Shown here piece by piece: positions 53,201 to 61,342 of a stretch of 64,000 nucleotides of DNA. Each line of letters starts with the position of its first letter. Within the stretch, counting starts at the first letter, position 1. The DNA lies in contig JAIRMH010000099.1 in assembly GCA_031258835.1 (NCBI GenBank), forward strand, positions 7,923-71,922, written 5' to 3'. The stretch is from Tannerella sp. (GTDB lineage: Bacteria > Bacteroidota > Bacteroidia > Bacteroidales > Tannerellaceae). The notes beneath the pieces were generated by a model, which saw only the letters and a program-made list of their open reading frames with translations, was not told the DNA's origin and searched no databases. The position numbers were made by a program, and so were the translations under genes.

Positions 53201-53674
53201 CGTTCCTTTCTCAATTATACCGGCCCCCACCACCGGTGCTCCCGTTTCGTCGACAACGACGCCTGTAATTTTTCGTTTACCTTGCTGACGTCCGGTTTCA
53301 ATAAATTCTTTTTTACTCAAGATGATTTGCCGGTCTTCCACTTTATAGGCGACATCCGTTTTATCAAACAATTTATTCAAAACCTCCTCAACCGGTTGTG
53401 ATTCCGCACGCACGCTTACTTTACGGTCAACGTCAACCAACTTACTGTTGTACAGAAAATAAAATTCTGATTTTTCTTCAATGGTATGCAAAACCTCTTC
53501 TACGGTAGCGTTCCGCATATTCAGACTGACTCGCGCCTTCTGAGAATAAAGGTTATTTGCGCCCGTTTGAAGCACAATTACAAATAATAATATGGTTACT
53601 CGCATAAAAATCGGTATTTTAGAAATTAAATCGGAATAAGATTTAAAATCTCTGTTGTATTTAAAATTCTTCAT
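50267..53674 (-). CDS. SusC/RagA TonB-dependent transducer with STN domain
   Basis: STN domain, EVVVVGYG, ILKDASTTAIYGSRAANGVVLITTK, GLNLTF. Confidence 0.95.
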   Translation of the reverse strand: MKNFKYNRDFKSYSDLISKIPIFMRVTILLFVIVLQTGANNLYSQKARVSLNMRNATVEEVLHTIEEKSEFYFLYNSKLVDVDRKVSVRAESQPVEEVLNKLFDKTDVAYKVEDRQIILSKKEFIETGRQQGKRKITGVVVDETGAPVVGAGIIEKGTTNGVISDINGVFGIDVAENAAIMISYIGYLTQTIVITNQTTLTITMKEDTQTLDEVVVVGYGQQKKVSITGAVGSIKNESINRMANSTVAAMQGVSPGLTILDKGGAPGRANTTLRIRGITTLNNSDALLLVDGIEQRISDINPDDIESISILKDASTTAIYGSRAANGVVLITTKRGKEGGVKIDLNTYWGVQNVTDRPEHMESVAYMRQQNYAFTNAGQNPRYSETFIQEWADNHEKDPVTYRKANQWQDVVYRNALQHNYNLSVSGGNEKARGLMALRYYKQDGVIPNFNSDIKEMRVNTDFKPFRFIKLSADANFRTRYSSEPVDAYAYDVNGGGIFYSMYHATQFVVPRYSDGSYGLGNKNANPLLLAEMAGDNQQWNNLFIANLKAEINLYDGLKFITQYAQRYAYNKTVNFTNAYTVEDKNFLDWGATAREEAYNPSPTRVRRRAITRNSMDDYRQDLSEYTLNLLLDYEKQFGRHNVHALLGFSQIENKWSHNQAYRQDFYNNDVPSINMGSESTWKAWGYNNEYALRSYFGRLNYNYDDRYLIEANLRYDGTSRFTGDNQYGMFPSFSAGWRASNEAFWNDGLRDVISDLKLRGSWGKTGNQTAGLYAFYESYTSTIYNFNGEVVTGYMQTALANKDLMWETSVQTDIGIDAGFLKNRLTLAADYYYKRTDGILVSLPISGTIGLDAPVQNAAIVDNKGFELALDWRDNIGDFSYGLHFNISNNRNEVISLGGANPTVSGGAADVITTVREGYPINTYWGYQTDGLLTQADIDNNYPVYDSRMTAGDVKYIDRTQDNKIDAEDMTVIGDEFPRYPFAISANAAWKGFDLSLMFQGVMDAQTRVSGALAEGGNFEGFTLNIFEDYWTSENTDARFPRPRKSVDYNAMMSDFWVVDANYIRLKNIQLGYTLPHALSRKVYIEKARIYLAGSNVLTLSPLKEWGLDPEFVAGRFLYYPQTAVYTIGLNLTF

Positions 53675-53772
53675 ATATTTATACTGTCAAATTTAATTAA
53701 TCAGGTTATTTTAATAGCTTAATTGATTCATTACCACTCGTCAGATGAGATTTTCGGACAGGTAATTTTTTT
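53674..53772 (+). ncRNA. Putative cis-antisense sRNA between fecR and susC (DonS-like)
   Basis: Plus-strand -7-like TATATTTA overlapping the susC ATG; imperfect hairpin ATTACC...GGTAAT followed by a T-run at 53730-53772. Confidence 0.35.
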
Positions 53773-53834
53773 GATTCTTTACAATTTGTTTTCCATAGGC
53801 AATTCGTTTTTTAAAAGTGAACACTAACATTGTT

Positions 53835-54923
53835 TCATTTCTGTCTCATACTAATAATCAGTATTTTCTTAGTAAATGTATAATCATGGGATGGTTCGGG
53901 ATAAATGATTTTACATTTTATAGGAGCCGACTTCTCCAGTAAAGACAATATTTCTTCCAGCGTTTCGGTAGTGAAAGTTGCAGAATATTCATAATCGTGC
54001 AGTTCATCGCCTTCCAGCCGTATATCTACATTGAAATGACGCGAGAAACGACGGGCTATCTCCGTCATATTCGCTCTACGAAATATGATCTTTCCATCTT
54101 TCCACGAAGTTTTCACGGCAAGGTTGACACTGGCCGTCGCAAGGCTGTCATTACTCTTATTAAATATGACCTGCTGTCCTTTCGCGAGAGTTACGGTATT
54201 CAATTTCCGTTTCTCCGGCGGAGAGGCTTCCATATTCCCGCCGGACGAGGATCTTCCAACATCTCCGTCGTCCAGCGTCACTACGACATTGCCGTCAACA
54301 AGGGTAGCTTCGGCAATCGAATCTTCATCGTATGTACAAACATTAAACTCCGTACCGTAAGCACTCACGTTCAAACCATCTTTCGTTTGCACCTCAAAAA
54401 GGTTCGTTTTATCAGCCTTAACCTTAAAATAGGCTTCACCCGAAAGCGAAACTCTGCGGGCGCCACCGGTAAAACGTTGCGGATATGAAATTTTAGAGCC
54501 TGAATTAAGCCATACTTCCGAACTGTCGGGAAGCGTTATTTTTGTAACAATACCATAGGCCGACGTCAACTCTACCGGCTCAATAACCTCGCAACGTTCC
54601 TGCTCCTTTATATCTCTGAATAAAACCATCGTTGTGATGATAAGGGGGATAAACAAAACCGCGGCAGCATTACGTAAAAAATACCATAACTTCTTCCGAT
54701 ACCGGTCTGTCGCGATCCTGCGGGAAAGTTCATTCCAGTTTTTCTCCGTATCAATACGCTTATGCCTCTTTAATTCCTCGGAAGCCTCCCAAACAAAGCG
54801 TATCTCCGTCAGTTCACGTCGCAAATCGGCAGAATTATCCAATAATTCTTCAAACGATTTTCTTTCCTTAGCCGACAATCTGTTCTCCAGATAAGCGATG
54901 AGATGTTGCATATTGTTCTCCAT
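53835..54923 (-). CDS. FecR-family anti-sigma factor
   Basis: LPDSSEVWLNSGS, GEAYFKV, AYGTEFNV, SWKDGK; start 54923. Confidence 0.93.
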   Translation of the reverse strand: MENNMQHLIAYLENRLSAKERKSFEELLDNSADLRRELTEIRFVWEASEELKRHKRIDTEKNWNELSRRIATDRYRKKLWYFLRNAAAVLFIPLIITTMVLFRDIKEQERCEVIEPVELTSAYGIVTKITLPDSSEVWLNSGSKISYPQRFTGGARRVSLSGEAYFKVKADKTNLFEVQTKDGLNVSAYGTEFNVCTYDEDSIAEATLVDGNVVVTLDDGDVGRSSSGGNMEASPPEKRKLNTVTLAKGQQVIFNKSNDSLATASVNLAVKTSWKDGKIIFRRANMTEIARRFSRHFNVDIRLEGDELHDYEYSATFTTETLEEILSLLEKSAPIKCKIIYPEPSHDYTFTKKILIISMRQK

Positions 54924-55015
54924 GATTTCATTTTTTACAGGATAGACGTACAAAAAAGAATATACCCTACGAAAAAACGCGTTTTTTTTTGCAAGATTCT
55001 TACAAGGCAAGATTT

Positions 55016-55588
55016 TTACAGGAAAAGCAAAAGCAACGGCAGGAAATCTTTCAATTCCACACGAAGCTGTTTTAATGCTTTCGTCATATAAGCTTCCACC
55101 GTTTTCACCGACATCTGTTGTTCGACAGCAATTTCGGCATACGTCTTCCCTTCAAAACGGCTCTGTTCAAATACGAAACGGATATTTTCCGGCAAGTGCG
55201 AAAGAGCCGTATTCAACATTGTCTCAAGCTCTGTCGCCGTGTAAAGTTCCTCCGTGCCTGGCGCAATCTTATCGAACAGAGTCTCTTGTCGCCATGCCGT
55301 TTCCATATCTTTTTTACGCAAATAATCTATACAGCCATTTCTCACGATCGTAATCATGAAATTCCTGCCGGAAGTATTTATTTTGAGCGTCTTCCGATTC
55401 TTCCATATTTTGAAAAAAGCGTCCTGCACGACATCCTCGCACGTCTCCCAATCATCGATATACCTGTGGGCAAATACACAAAGCGGCGAGAAAAAATCAA
55501 GAAATAAAAAACGGAAAGCATTCTCATCATCATGTAATGCTATCCTCCAAAAAAGCTGATCTATTTCATTCTTCTTTTCGACTTCCAT
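55016..55588 (-). CDS. ECF sigma-70 factor
   Basis: EDVVQDAFFKIWKNR, SRFEGKTYAEIA, SVKTVEAYMTKALK. Confidence 0.93.
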   Translation of the reverse strand: MEVEKKNEIDQLFWRIALHDDENAFRFLFLDFFSPLCVFAHRYIDDWETCEDVVQDAFFKIWKNRKTLKINTSGRNFMITIVRNGCIDYLRKKDMETAWRQETLFDKIAPGTEELYTATELETMLNTALSHLPENIRFVFEQSRFEGKTYAEIAVEQQMSVKTVEAYMTKALKQLRVELKDFLPLLLLFL

Positions 55589-56644
55589 TTGGCAAAGTTA
55601 AAACATAACGCGAAAAAATTCAACATTTCTTTATTATTTTGTCGAATTACCGATTATTATTGCAATCGTATAAAACGGCATAACAATAAAGACATTGCAA
55701 AGATACGAACGATCCACAATACAAAAAATACCATAAATATGGCATTTTTCATTTCTGTGTTTCCAAACTCCGACAACCCTGCGCTTTGCGTTACTTTGCA
55801 AAAAGTATGCCTGTATAGAGCAGGCCTGACGGCAATAATGCCTCATAAACAGGGCGGAGGATCTCATTATGTTTAGATGTTTTTGATATACGCCCCAAAT
55901 AACTAATGCTAGCACCTCCTTCTATACAACCTAATTGTATCATAATTCTTTGAGTTTAATAGTTTCCTCTGCCAAAAGTTCATCAAAAGTTTTTCCATTT
56001 TCAGGCAATACAAACTCCATTCCTGAATAATTGCCATTTGCATAAATGGTATATTTATCTATCAAATGACCTGTTATTTTATCGACAGTCAAAGCAGTTT
56101 CTTCAGTGATAATTTCACCAAACAAATCGAGTGTTTGTATAGGTTTCTTTTTGTTCCCAATATGATATTCAAGTGTTTGTGTGCCGTTTTGAAAACGATT
56201 AAGTATCCGTCTATCAGCAAACTCTATGACATAGAGTTGCAGGTGTCGGACTACAAAACGGTCGGCACCATGACATGGAAACGAAAAGAACGCTCCCGAT
56301 AGCCTGTATTTTGTAAGATATTCGCTAAAGTCAGATCATCCGCCAACCTTCGCGCACCAGTCAACACACCGCTCAAATATATAATGCCCTTCAATTTAAA
56401 CAGTCGAACCCCGATATGAGAAAAAATTCGTACTCCCCCATTAGCAATATGCCACTGGCGCATACTCCTTATTACAAAACAATTACGTTAATTGACTGGC
56501 CAAGTTTGGTTAAATGTTTTACCATGAAAGAAAGCAAATAGTCGAACGGGCAACTGAGATTACCAACTGCAAAACGTATATAATGCTTTAGAATACGTTT
56601 TGAGACACATTGAGATTTGTTAAAAAATGACGTCTTTCCATAAA

Positions 56645-56767
56645 AAAACATAACCATGATAAATTTGTTGTGATTCCATTTGTTCATTCAAAAAACTATT
56701 CTTTTATTTGCGACATAATTTTGAATTTATATATTTACGAACGAGAATTTATCATGATTTGCCGTCA
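56645..56767 (+). repeat. 123-bp direct repeat copy 1: promoter-bearing element with terminal inverted repeats
   Basis: 4 mismatches against the copy at 59827-59949; IR CATGATAAATT (56655-56665)/AATTTATCATG (56746-56756); TTTG-N20-TTTATTTG inside. Confidence 0.9.
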
Positions 56768-56819
56768 GGTTTGCTGTTGGAATCATGGTAGTGTTAATTA
56801 AATAAGTTTGAAACAACGT

Positions 56820-57467
56820 ATGAGGACTATTCATATATATGGTGCGGCGATTGCAATGTTAATTGCCATTTGTCTTTCTTCCTGCAAGAAAAACAGGAAG
56901 AGGGACTATGCCGTTAAAATCGTTACTGAATGGGCGGGAAAGAAAGTCCTATTTCCAAAAGGGATACCTTGTACTTCTATGGGTATAAAAGACACCTCCT
57001 GTGTGGATTTATATAATGATAATTATAAGATCCTGCTCTACGTGGATTCGCTTGGGTGCACAAACTGCCGGCTGAAACTCTTATCTACATGGAAAAAGAT
57101 CATCGAAGAATCCGACACCGTTTTCGGCATAAAACCCGAATTTGCATTTTTCTTCCAACCCAAAAAGGCCGGCAAAAAAGATTTACAGCATATTCTCAAA
57201 CAGCACGGATTCCGTTATCCTGTTTTTATTGATAACGGGAATGAAATCGGAAAACTGAATAATTTCCCTTCCGATCCCGAATATCAATGTTTCTTGCTCA
57301 ACAGAGACAACACCGTTTTAATGGTTGGTAATCCGTCGTATAATCAGGGTATTTGGACATTATTCAAAAAAATCATAACAAGAAGGGATTCCAAACAGTC
57401 ATCACTCTCTGTCCATGCTTCCCTTCAAAAAAAGAAAGGAGGTGCACAAGATAAGATAAGAAATTAA
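56820..57467 (+). CDS. Lipoprotein with thioredoxin-like CxxC domain (the N-terminal domain usually fused to DUF1573)
   Basis: Lipobox LSSC; YKILLYVDSLGCTNCRLKL, YPVFID, YQCFLLN..N.VLMVGNP. Confidence 0.7.
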   Translation: MRTIHIYGAAIAMLIAICLSSCKKNRKRDYAVKIVTEWAGKKVLFPKGIPCTSMGIKDTSCVDLYNDNYKILLYVDSLGCTNCRLKLLSTWKKIIEESDTVFGIKPEFAFFFQPKKAGKKDLQHILKQHGFRYPVFIDNGNEIGKLNNFPSDPEYQCFLLNRDNTVLMVGNPSYNQGIWTLFKKIITRRDSKQSSLSVHASLQKKKGGAQDKIRN

Positions 57468-57638
57468 GTCGATAATTTTCATGCCAGGCGGGAAATTATA
57501 AAAAAGAGAACAGGGTGCCGGTAGTCTTCCTATAACTCTTTTGGCTTGTGAGTAGAAAATAATTCGAATCAAGTTTACAAAAGCCGTAAGGCGTATTACC
57601 GAAAAAATTATTTATTAACAATTAACAATGTAAACGTT

Positions 57639-57917
57639 ATGAACAAAAAAAGAACTTTTGGCTTTTTAGCCATATTGGCAATCGCAGCAATGGCTGCATG
57701 GAATGTGAATGTAAACATTCAGAAAGACAGGTTATCTGATATTCTCTTAGAAAATGTTGAAGCATTAGCATGGGAACATGTATCAACATTAGATTGTTAT
57801 TCAAATTGTACGCCGGATCCAATGTGGTATTGTACTATAACATTATACTATCTCAATATTGAGATGGGGTCTGTTACATGTAACAGTTATAAACCTGGAT
57901 TTTACGGATATTACTAA
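57639..57917 (+). CDS. NVEALA-family peptide
   Basis: Hydrophobic N-terminus, LSDILLENVEALA motif, 48-aa C-terminal part with 4 Cys. Confidence 0.9.
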   Translation: MNKKRTFGFLAILAIAAMAAWNVNVNIQKDRLSDILLENVEALAWEHVSTLDCYSNCTPDPMWYCTITLYYLNIEMGSVTCNSYKPGFYGYY

Positions 57918-57924
57918 TTTTAAA

Positions 57925-57990
57925 GGCGTGTCAAAGGATTATTTATAGATACAATCATCTAATAAAACTATTCATAATTTTTGACACGCC
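57925..57990. repeat. Long inverted repeat (GGCGTGTCAAA...TTTGACACGCC) after the NVEALA gene
   Basis: 11-bp perfect arms, extendable with G:T pairs. Confidence 0.7.
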
Positions 57991-58018
57991 ATAATTAATC
58001 ACTCTATAAAAATCAAAA

Positions 58019-58648
58019 ATGAAGTATCTATTTGTATTACTATGTTTATCATTATGTGTGTATGACGGAGTTTGCCAGACATCAGGCAAAATAAAAACGG
58101 TTGTAACTGGAGGCAGAATGTTGCCTTCCACGCCTGTGACAAACCAGGAAAATATATTCAAATATAAATTTAAATGCCCGGATGATAAAAATAAAATAAA
58201 AATTGAAACGATTGAATATAAAAATAGCGAAAAATCGGAAATGCAAATCAGACCTCCGGCTATATTTGATTTCAGTGATAATATTGCATTTGAAATGCAT
58301 ATAGGATTGCATGAAAAATCAATCCTTAATAAAGATCTGCCAAATGTCAAAAACATGAAGAATGTCCTTATCATCAATACCATTACGCCATCAATCAAGT
58401 ATAACGCCATCTTTTATTCCGATGAATACATTTATAAATGGCGTCATTTTGAGACAAATGCCGAACAAACGGAAAAGGGAATATTATACCCTCTATTCCT
58501 AATCTATGGCGAATCTCCAGATAGCACCTCGGCTGAATCTTTCATTAAGGATAAATGGCAAAACCAGGATTTTCCTGCATCACTAAAACCGGATAATTTC
58601 AAGACCATCCATCATTATTTTATAATGTATTATAGTATCATAGAATGA
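58019..58648 (+). CDS. Hypothetical secreted protein
   Basis: 209-aa ORF with signal peptide; stop overlaps next ATG (ATGA). Confidence 0.7.
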   Translation: MKYLFVLLCLSLCVYDGVCQTSGKIKTVVTGGRMLPSTPVTNQENIFKYKFKCPDDKNKIKIETIEYKNSEKSEMQIRPPAIFDFSDNIAFEMHIGLHEKSILNKDLPNVKNMKNVLIINTITPSIKYNAIFYSDEYIYKWRHFETNAEQTEKGILYPLFLIYGESPDSTSAESFIKDKWQNQDFPASLKPDNFKTIHHYFIMYYSIIE

Positions 58649-59730
58649 AACTGTTAATAAAGAATTTTCTGATATCATACGCACTCCTTTGCATTTGCGG
58701 ATGCGAGAGCGAAAAAAGTTATAAAAATGCAGATACGTTTTCTTATAAAGATTTTGTAGAGAAGCCGTTAACCCTTCATGGAGAAATATTACCCATAGAA
58801 GTTATGAGTAATATACCTAAAGTTTTATGTGTGGACTCTACTGCATTAATCATTAATTTTAACAGGGACTACTGGATCACATCATACAATCTGAACAATT
58901 TTCAAGAAATCGATAATTATATTCCTTTTGGAAGTGGCCCCGAAGAAATGTTAGATTTGAGAGATTATTTTTTCAAAGATGAAAAAATATGGGCGTTTTC
59001 TATTAATCAACAAAAGATTCAAACATATTGTTTATCTCAATTTCTTTGTGCCGGTCAAACAACACCTGAAAAAATCATACATTTGAATGAAAAGCAAAAT
59101 TGCAACGTATTGAGCCTGACTTCCGGCCATATAATTACGGCCACATTTGGACACAAAAACACGCATTTGGCCCTCTATTCCGAAGATGGAACTTTCCTCA
59201 GACATTTTGGCGAAGTTCCTGATTATGGCGTGAAGCTAACGTTAGTTGAACAGGAAATGGCTTTCATTTGTCAATTATGCAATATACCTCCCGATAATTT
59301 TTTAATTTCCTATTTGGGAACAGATCTTCTTGAATTATATGATAACACCGGTGTTTTAAAGAAAACGATACATGGACCTGATCATTTTTTTCCAGATATG
59401 AAACAAACAAGTACACCCGAAGGATATATTAGTAATATAGGGAGAAAGGCGCATTATGGATATTACTCTCCCGTATTTACAGGAAACGAGATTTGGATTC
59501 TGTATTCAGGAGAAAATATGTTCTCTTATGAAAAATCAAATCCACAAAAACCTTTATTAATGAATAAAATATTGGTTTTTTCAAAAGATTTGGTTCCTAA
59601 AAGGATTATTGATCTTGATATACCAATCTATTCTTTAACGATTGATTCCTTAAATAATGTTTTTTATGGTATAACGTTAGATTCAGAATACTGCATAGTC
59701 AAATATAAAACGACATTTAACAGGGATTGA
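58645..59730 (+). CDS. TolB-like 6-bladed beta-propeller lipoprotein (BF3164-like)
   Basis: Lipobox ICGC; FGSGPEEM, HGPDHFFP, ILVFSKDLVP..IIDLD. Confidence 0.75.
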   Translation: MKLLIKNFLISYALLCICGCESEKSYKNADTFSYKDFVEKPLTLHGEILPIEVMSNIPKVLCVDSTALIINFNRDYWITSYNLNNFQEIDNYIPFGSGPEEMLDLRDYFFKDEKIWAFSINQQKIQTYCLSQFLCAGQTTPEKIIHLNEKQNCNVLSLTSGHIITATFGHKNTHLALYSEDGTFLRHFGEVPDYGVKLTLVEQEMAFICQLCNIPPDNFLISYLGTDLLELYDNTGVLKKTIHGPDHFFPDMKQTSTPEGYISNIGRKAHYGYYSPVFTGNEIWILYSGENMFSYEKSNPQKPLLMNKILVFSKDLVPKRIIDLDIPIYSLTIDSLNNVFYGITLDSEYCIVKYKTTFNRD

Positions 59731-59826
59731 TATCAGACATAACCTATATGCAGAATGAGCATACAGTCTGAAGTCAGGAGTACTGCAAGGCCATGTTAGA
59801 CTTGTTCTGCGCAAACGAACGGAACG

Positions 59827-59949
59827 AAAACATAATCATGATAAATTTGTTGTGATTCCATTTGTTCATTCAAAAAACTATTCTTTTATTTGCGACATAA
59901 TTTTGAATTTATATATTTACGAACGAAATTTTATTATGATTTGCCGTCA
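59827..59949 (+). repeat. 123-bp direct repeat copy 2
   Basis: 3182 bp downstream of copy 1, about 97% identical, directly upstream of the DUF4221 remnant. Confidence 0.9.
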
Positions 59950-59974
59950 AAAAAACAATAACAACTCAATTGCT

Positions 59975-60241
59975 ATGAAAAAGTTTTTATCCATATCTAT
60001 CTTATTATTGCTTCTCTTCTCCTGCAAAAATTCAAAAAACAAGGGAGAACAATCCGTCAGCTATAAATACGAACTTGAAATAGCGGCAGATAAAGATTTG
60101 AAATACCCTTTAGGAGATGATATTGAATTTGCGTTCAGTGTTCTGTTCCCATATATTGATAAATCAGGAAAGGAATATCTTACTTTCAGATCGCTTGAAA
60201 ACAACTCCATACTGTTTTATAACTTAACCACAGGTAAATAG
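59975..60241 (+). pseudogene. Truncated DUF4221-like lipoprotein (88 aa N-terminal remnant)
   Basis: Lipobox LFSC; YIDKSGKEYLTF...NSILFYNLTTG then stop, no continuation seen. Confidence 0.65.
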
Positions 60242-60322
60242 TCAGTCCTAACAATACATGCTCAGATAGCGAGTAGATAAAAATATTGCGAAAAAAACAG
60301 TCGAAAAATAAATGGCAAAAGT

Positions 60323-60604
60323 TTATACTTCATTTACGGTTCGTTTCATAACAAGGGGATATTGTTCAGGGTGTATCAGGCTGTCTATTTCCAAATCAAC
60401 ATTAAGCGCTTCCCACCGTATGCCGTCATTTCCGCACATTTTTACATTGAAAATGTCGGAAACTTTGGCCTCTCTAAACCATGGCAAACGATCATATGAA
60501 ATATAATAGTCGCATCCGGATACGGATACAATTATTCCCATAGGAGTAATAAGGCGTACTTCAACGTATGTGCGCTCTGTATTTTGATTTAAATTCTTCT
60601 TCAT
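60323..60604 (-). CDS. DUF2442 family antitoxin-like protein
   Basis: YISYDRLPWFREA, GIRWEALNVDLEIDSL..PEQYPL. Confidence 0.85.
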   Translation of the reverse strand: MKKNLNQNTERTYVEVRLITPMGIIVSVSGCDYYISYDRLPWFREAKVSDIFNVKMCGNDGIRWEALNVDLEIDSLIHPEQYPLVMKRTVNEV

Positions 60605-60797
60605 TTTCTATTACTGTTTGAATGATTTTACTTAATTCTTTTTCTTGAAATCCCTTGTTGTCAGCTAATTCCACTAATGGTTCAAGCCATATTTTTGCGC
60701 TGTTATTTTCTTTATAAACGTGTACATGCATACGATTTTCTTCGTTTGAAAAAATTCCGAACCTGTACCCGTTTTCGCATTTAAATGTTGGACTCAT
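60561..60797 (-). CDS. DUF4160 family toxin-like protein
   Basis: MSPT...GYRF.IFSNEE.RMHVHV...AKIWLEP; overlaps DUF2442; promoter TATCTTTG at 60831-60838. Confidence 0.85.
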   Translation of the reverse strand: MSPTFKCENGYRFGIFSNEENRMHVHVYKENNSAKIWLEPLVELADNKGFQEKELSKIIQTVIENEEEFKSKYRAHIR

Positions 60798-60898
60798 TCC
60801 TCAAATATTTTATATTGATTAACTACGCCACAAAGATAACCATTTTTCTACTGTCTGCAATTCTTTATTGCTGATTATTTTTATATGTTCTACAATAT

Positions 60899-60930
60899 AA
60901 AAAAAGCCCCGCCGTGGTGATAGTGGGGCT
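60899..60930 (-). terminator. Intrinsic terminator upstream of the TA promoter
   Basis: Stem AGCCCCAC/GCGGGGCT plus a T7 tail on the minus strand. Confidence 0.65.
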
Positions 60931-61281
60931 AATCGGAAGTCTGAAGACAAACCAATTTCACCTTCTAAACCTGACATATCTTTAAAATCAGGAGTTTTAA
61001 TTCCGACCTTTAATTCCGAGAGAGAAATATCATTTTTATAGATATATTCTATTTTAGTCCCTATTCCAGCAAATATAAAAATATATGCTTATCTCCTCGT
61101 GAATGTAATACGTTTGACTTGTCATATCTCACTCTGAAAGAGAATTTATACCGTTTGAAGCGAAAAAAAAGAAATAGTGCAAATCTCGGAAGCAAAACCG
61201 TCTACTGTATGTCGAATACTAATTTGTTTTTGCAGTTCACCCAATTTTTTACCGCAACTTTTCACGGTTCTATACTTTTGC

Positions 61282-61314
61282 TTCGTAATATATTCGTAAT
61301 ATATTCGTAATATA
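61282..61314 (+). repeat. 3 x 11-bp tandem repeat TTCGTAATATA just after the -7 element TACTTTTG (61273-61280)
   Basis: Read directly. Confidence 0.85.
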
Positions 61315-61342
61315 AATGTATTAAAGAAAATTGATGATTGAA

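Noticed and set aside
55634-56687. Short ORFs (55634-55915, 55940-56125, 56066-56302, 56251-56463, 56472-56687)
   Set aside because: No recognisable domains; 55940-56125 may be a C-terminal gene remnant but cannot be assigned
60931-61090. Minus-strand open stretch AYIFIFAGIGTKIEY...GLEGEIGLS resembling a beta-barrel C-terminus before a terminator
   Set aside because: No start codon and too short to assign; at most a gene remnant
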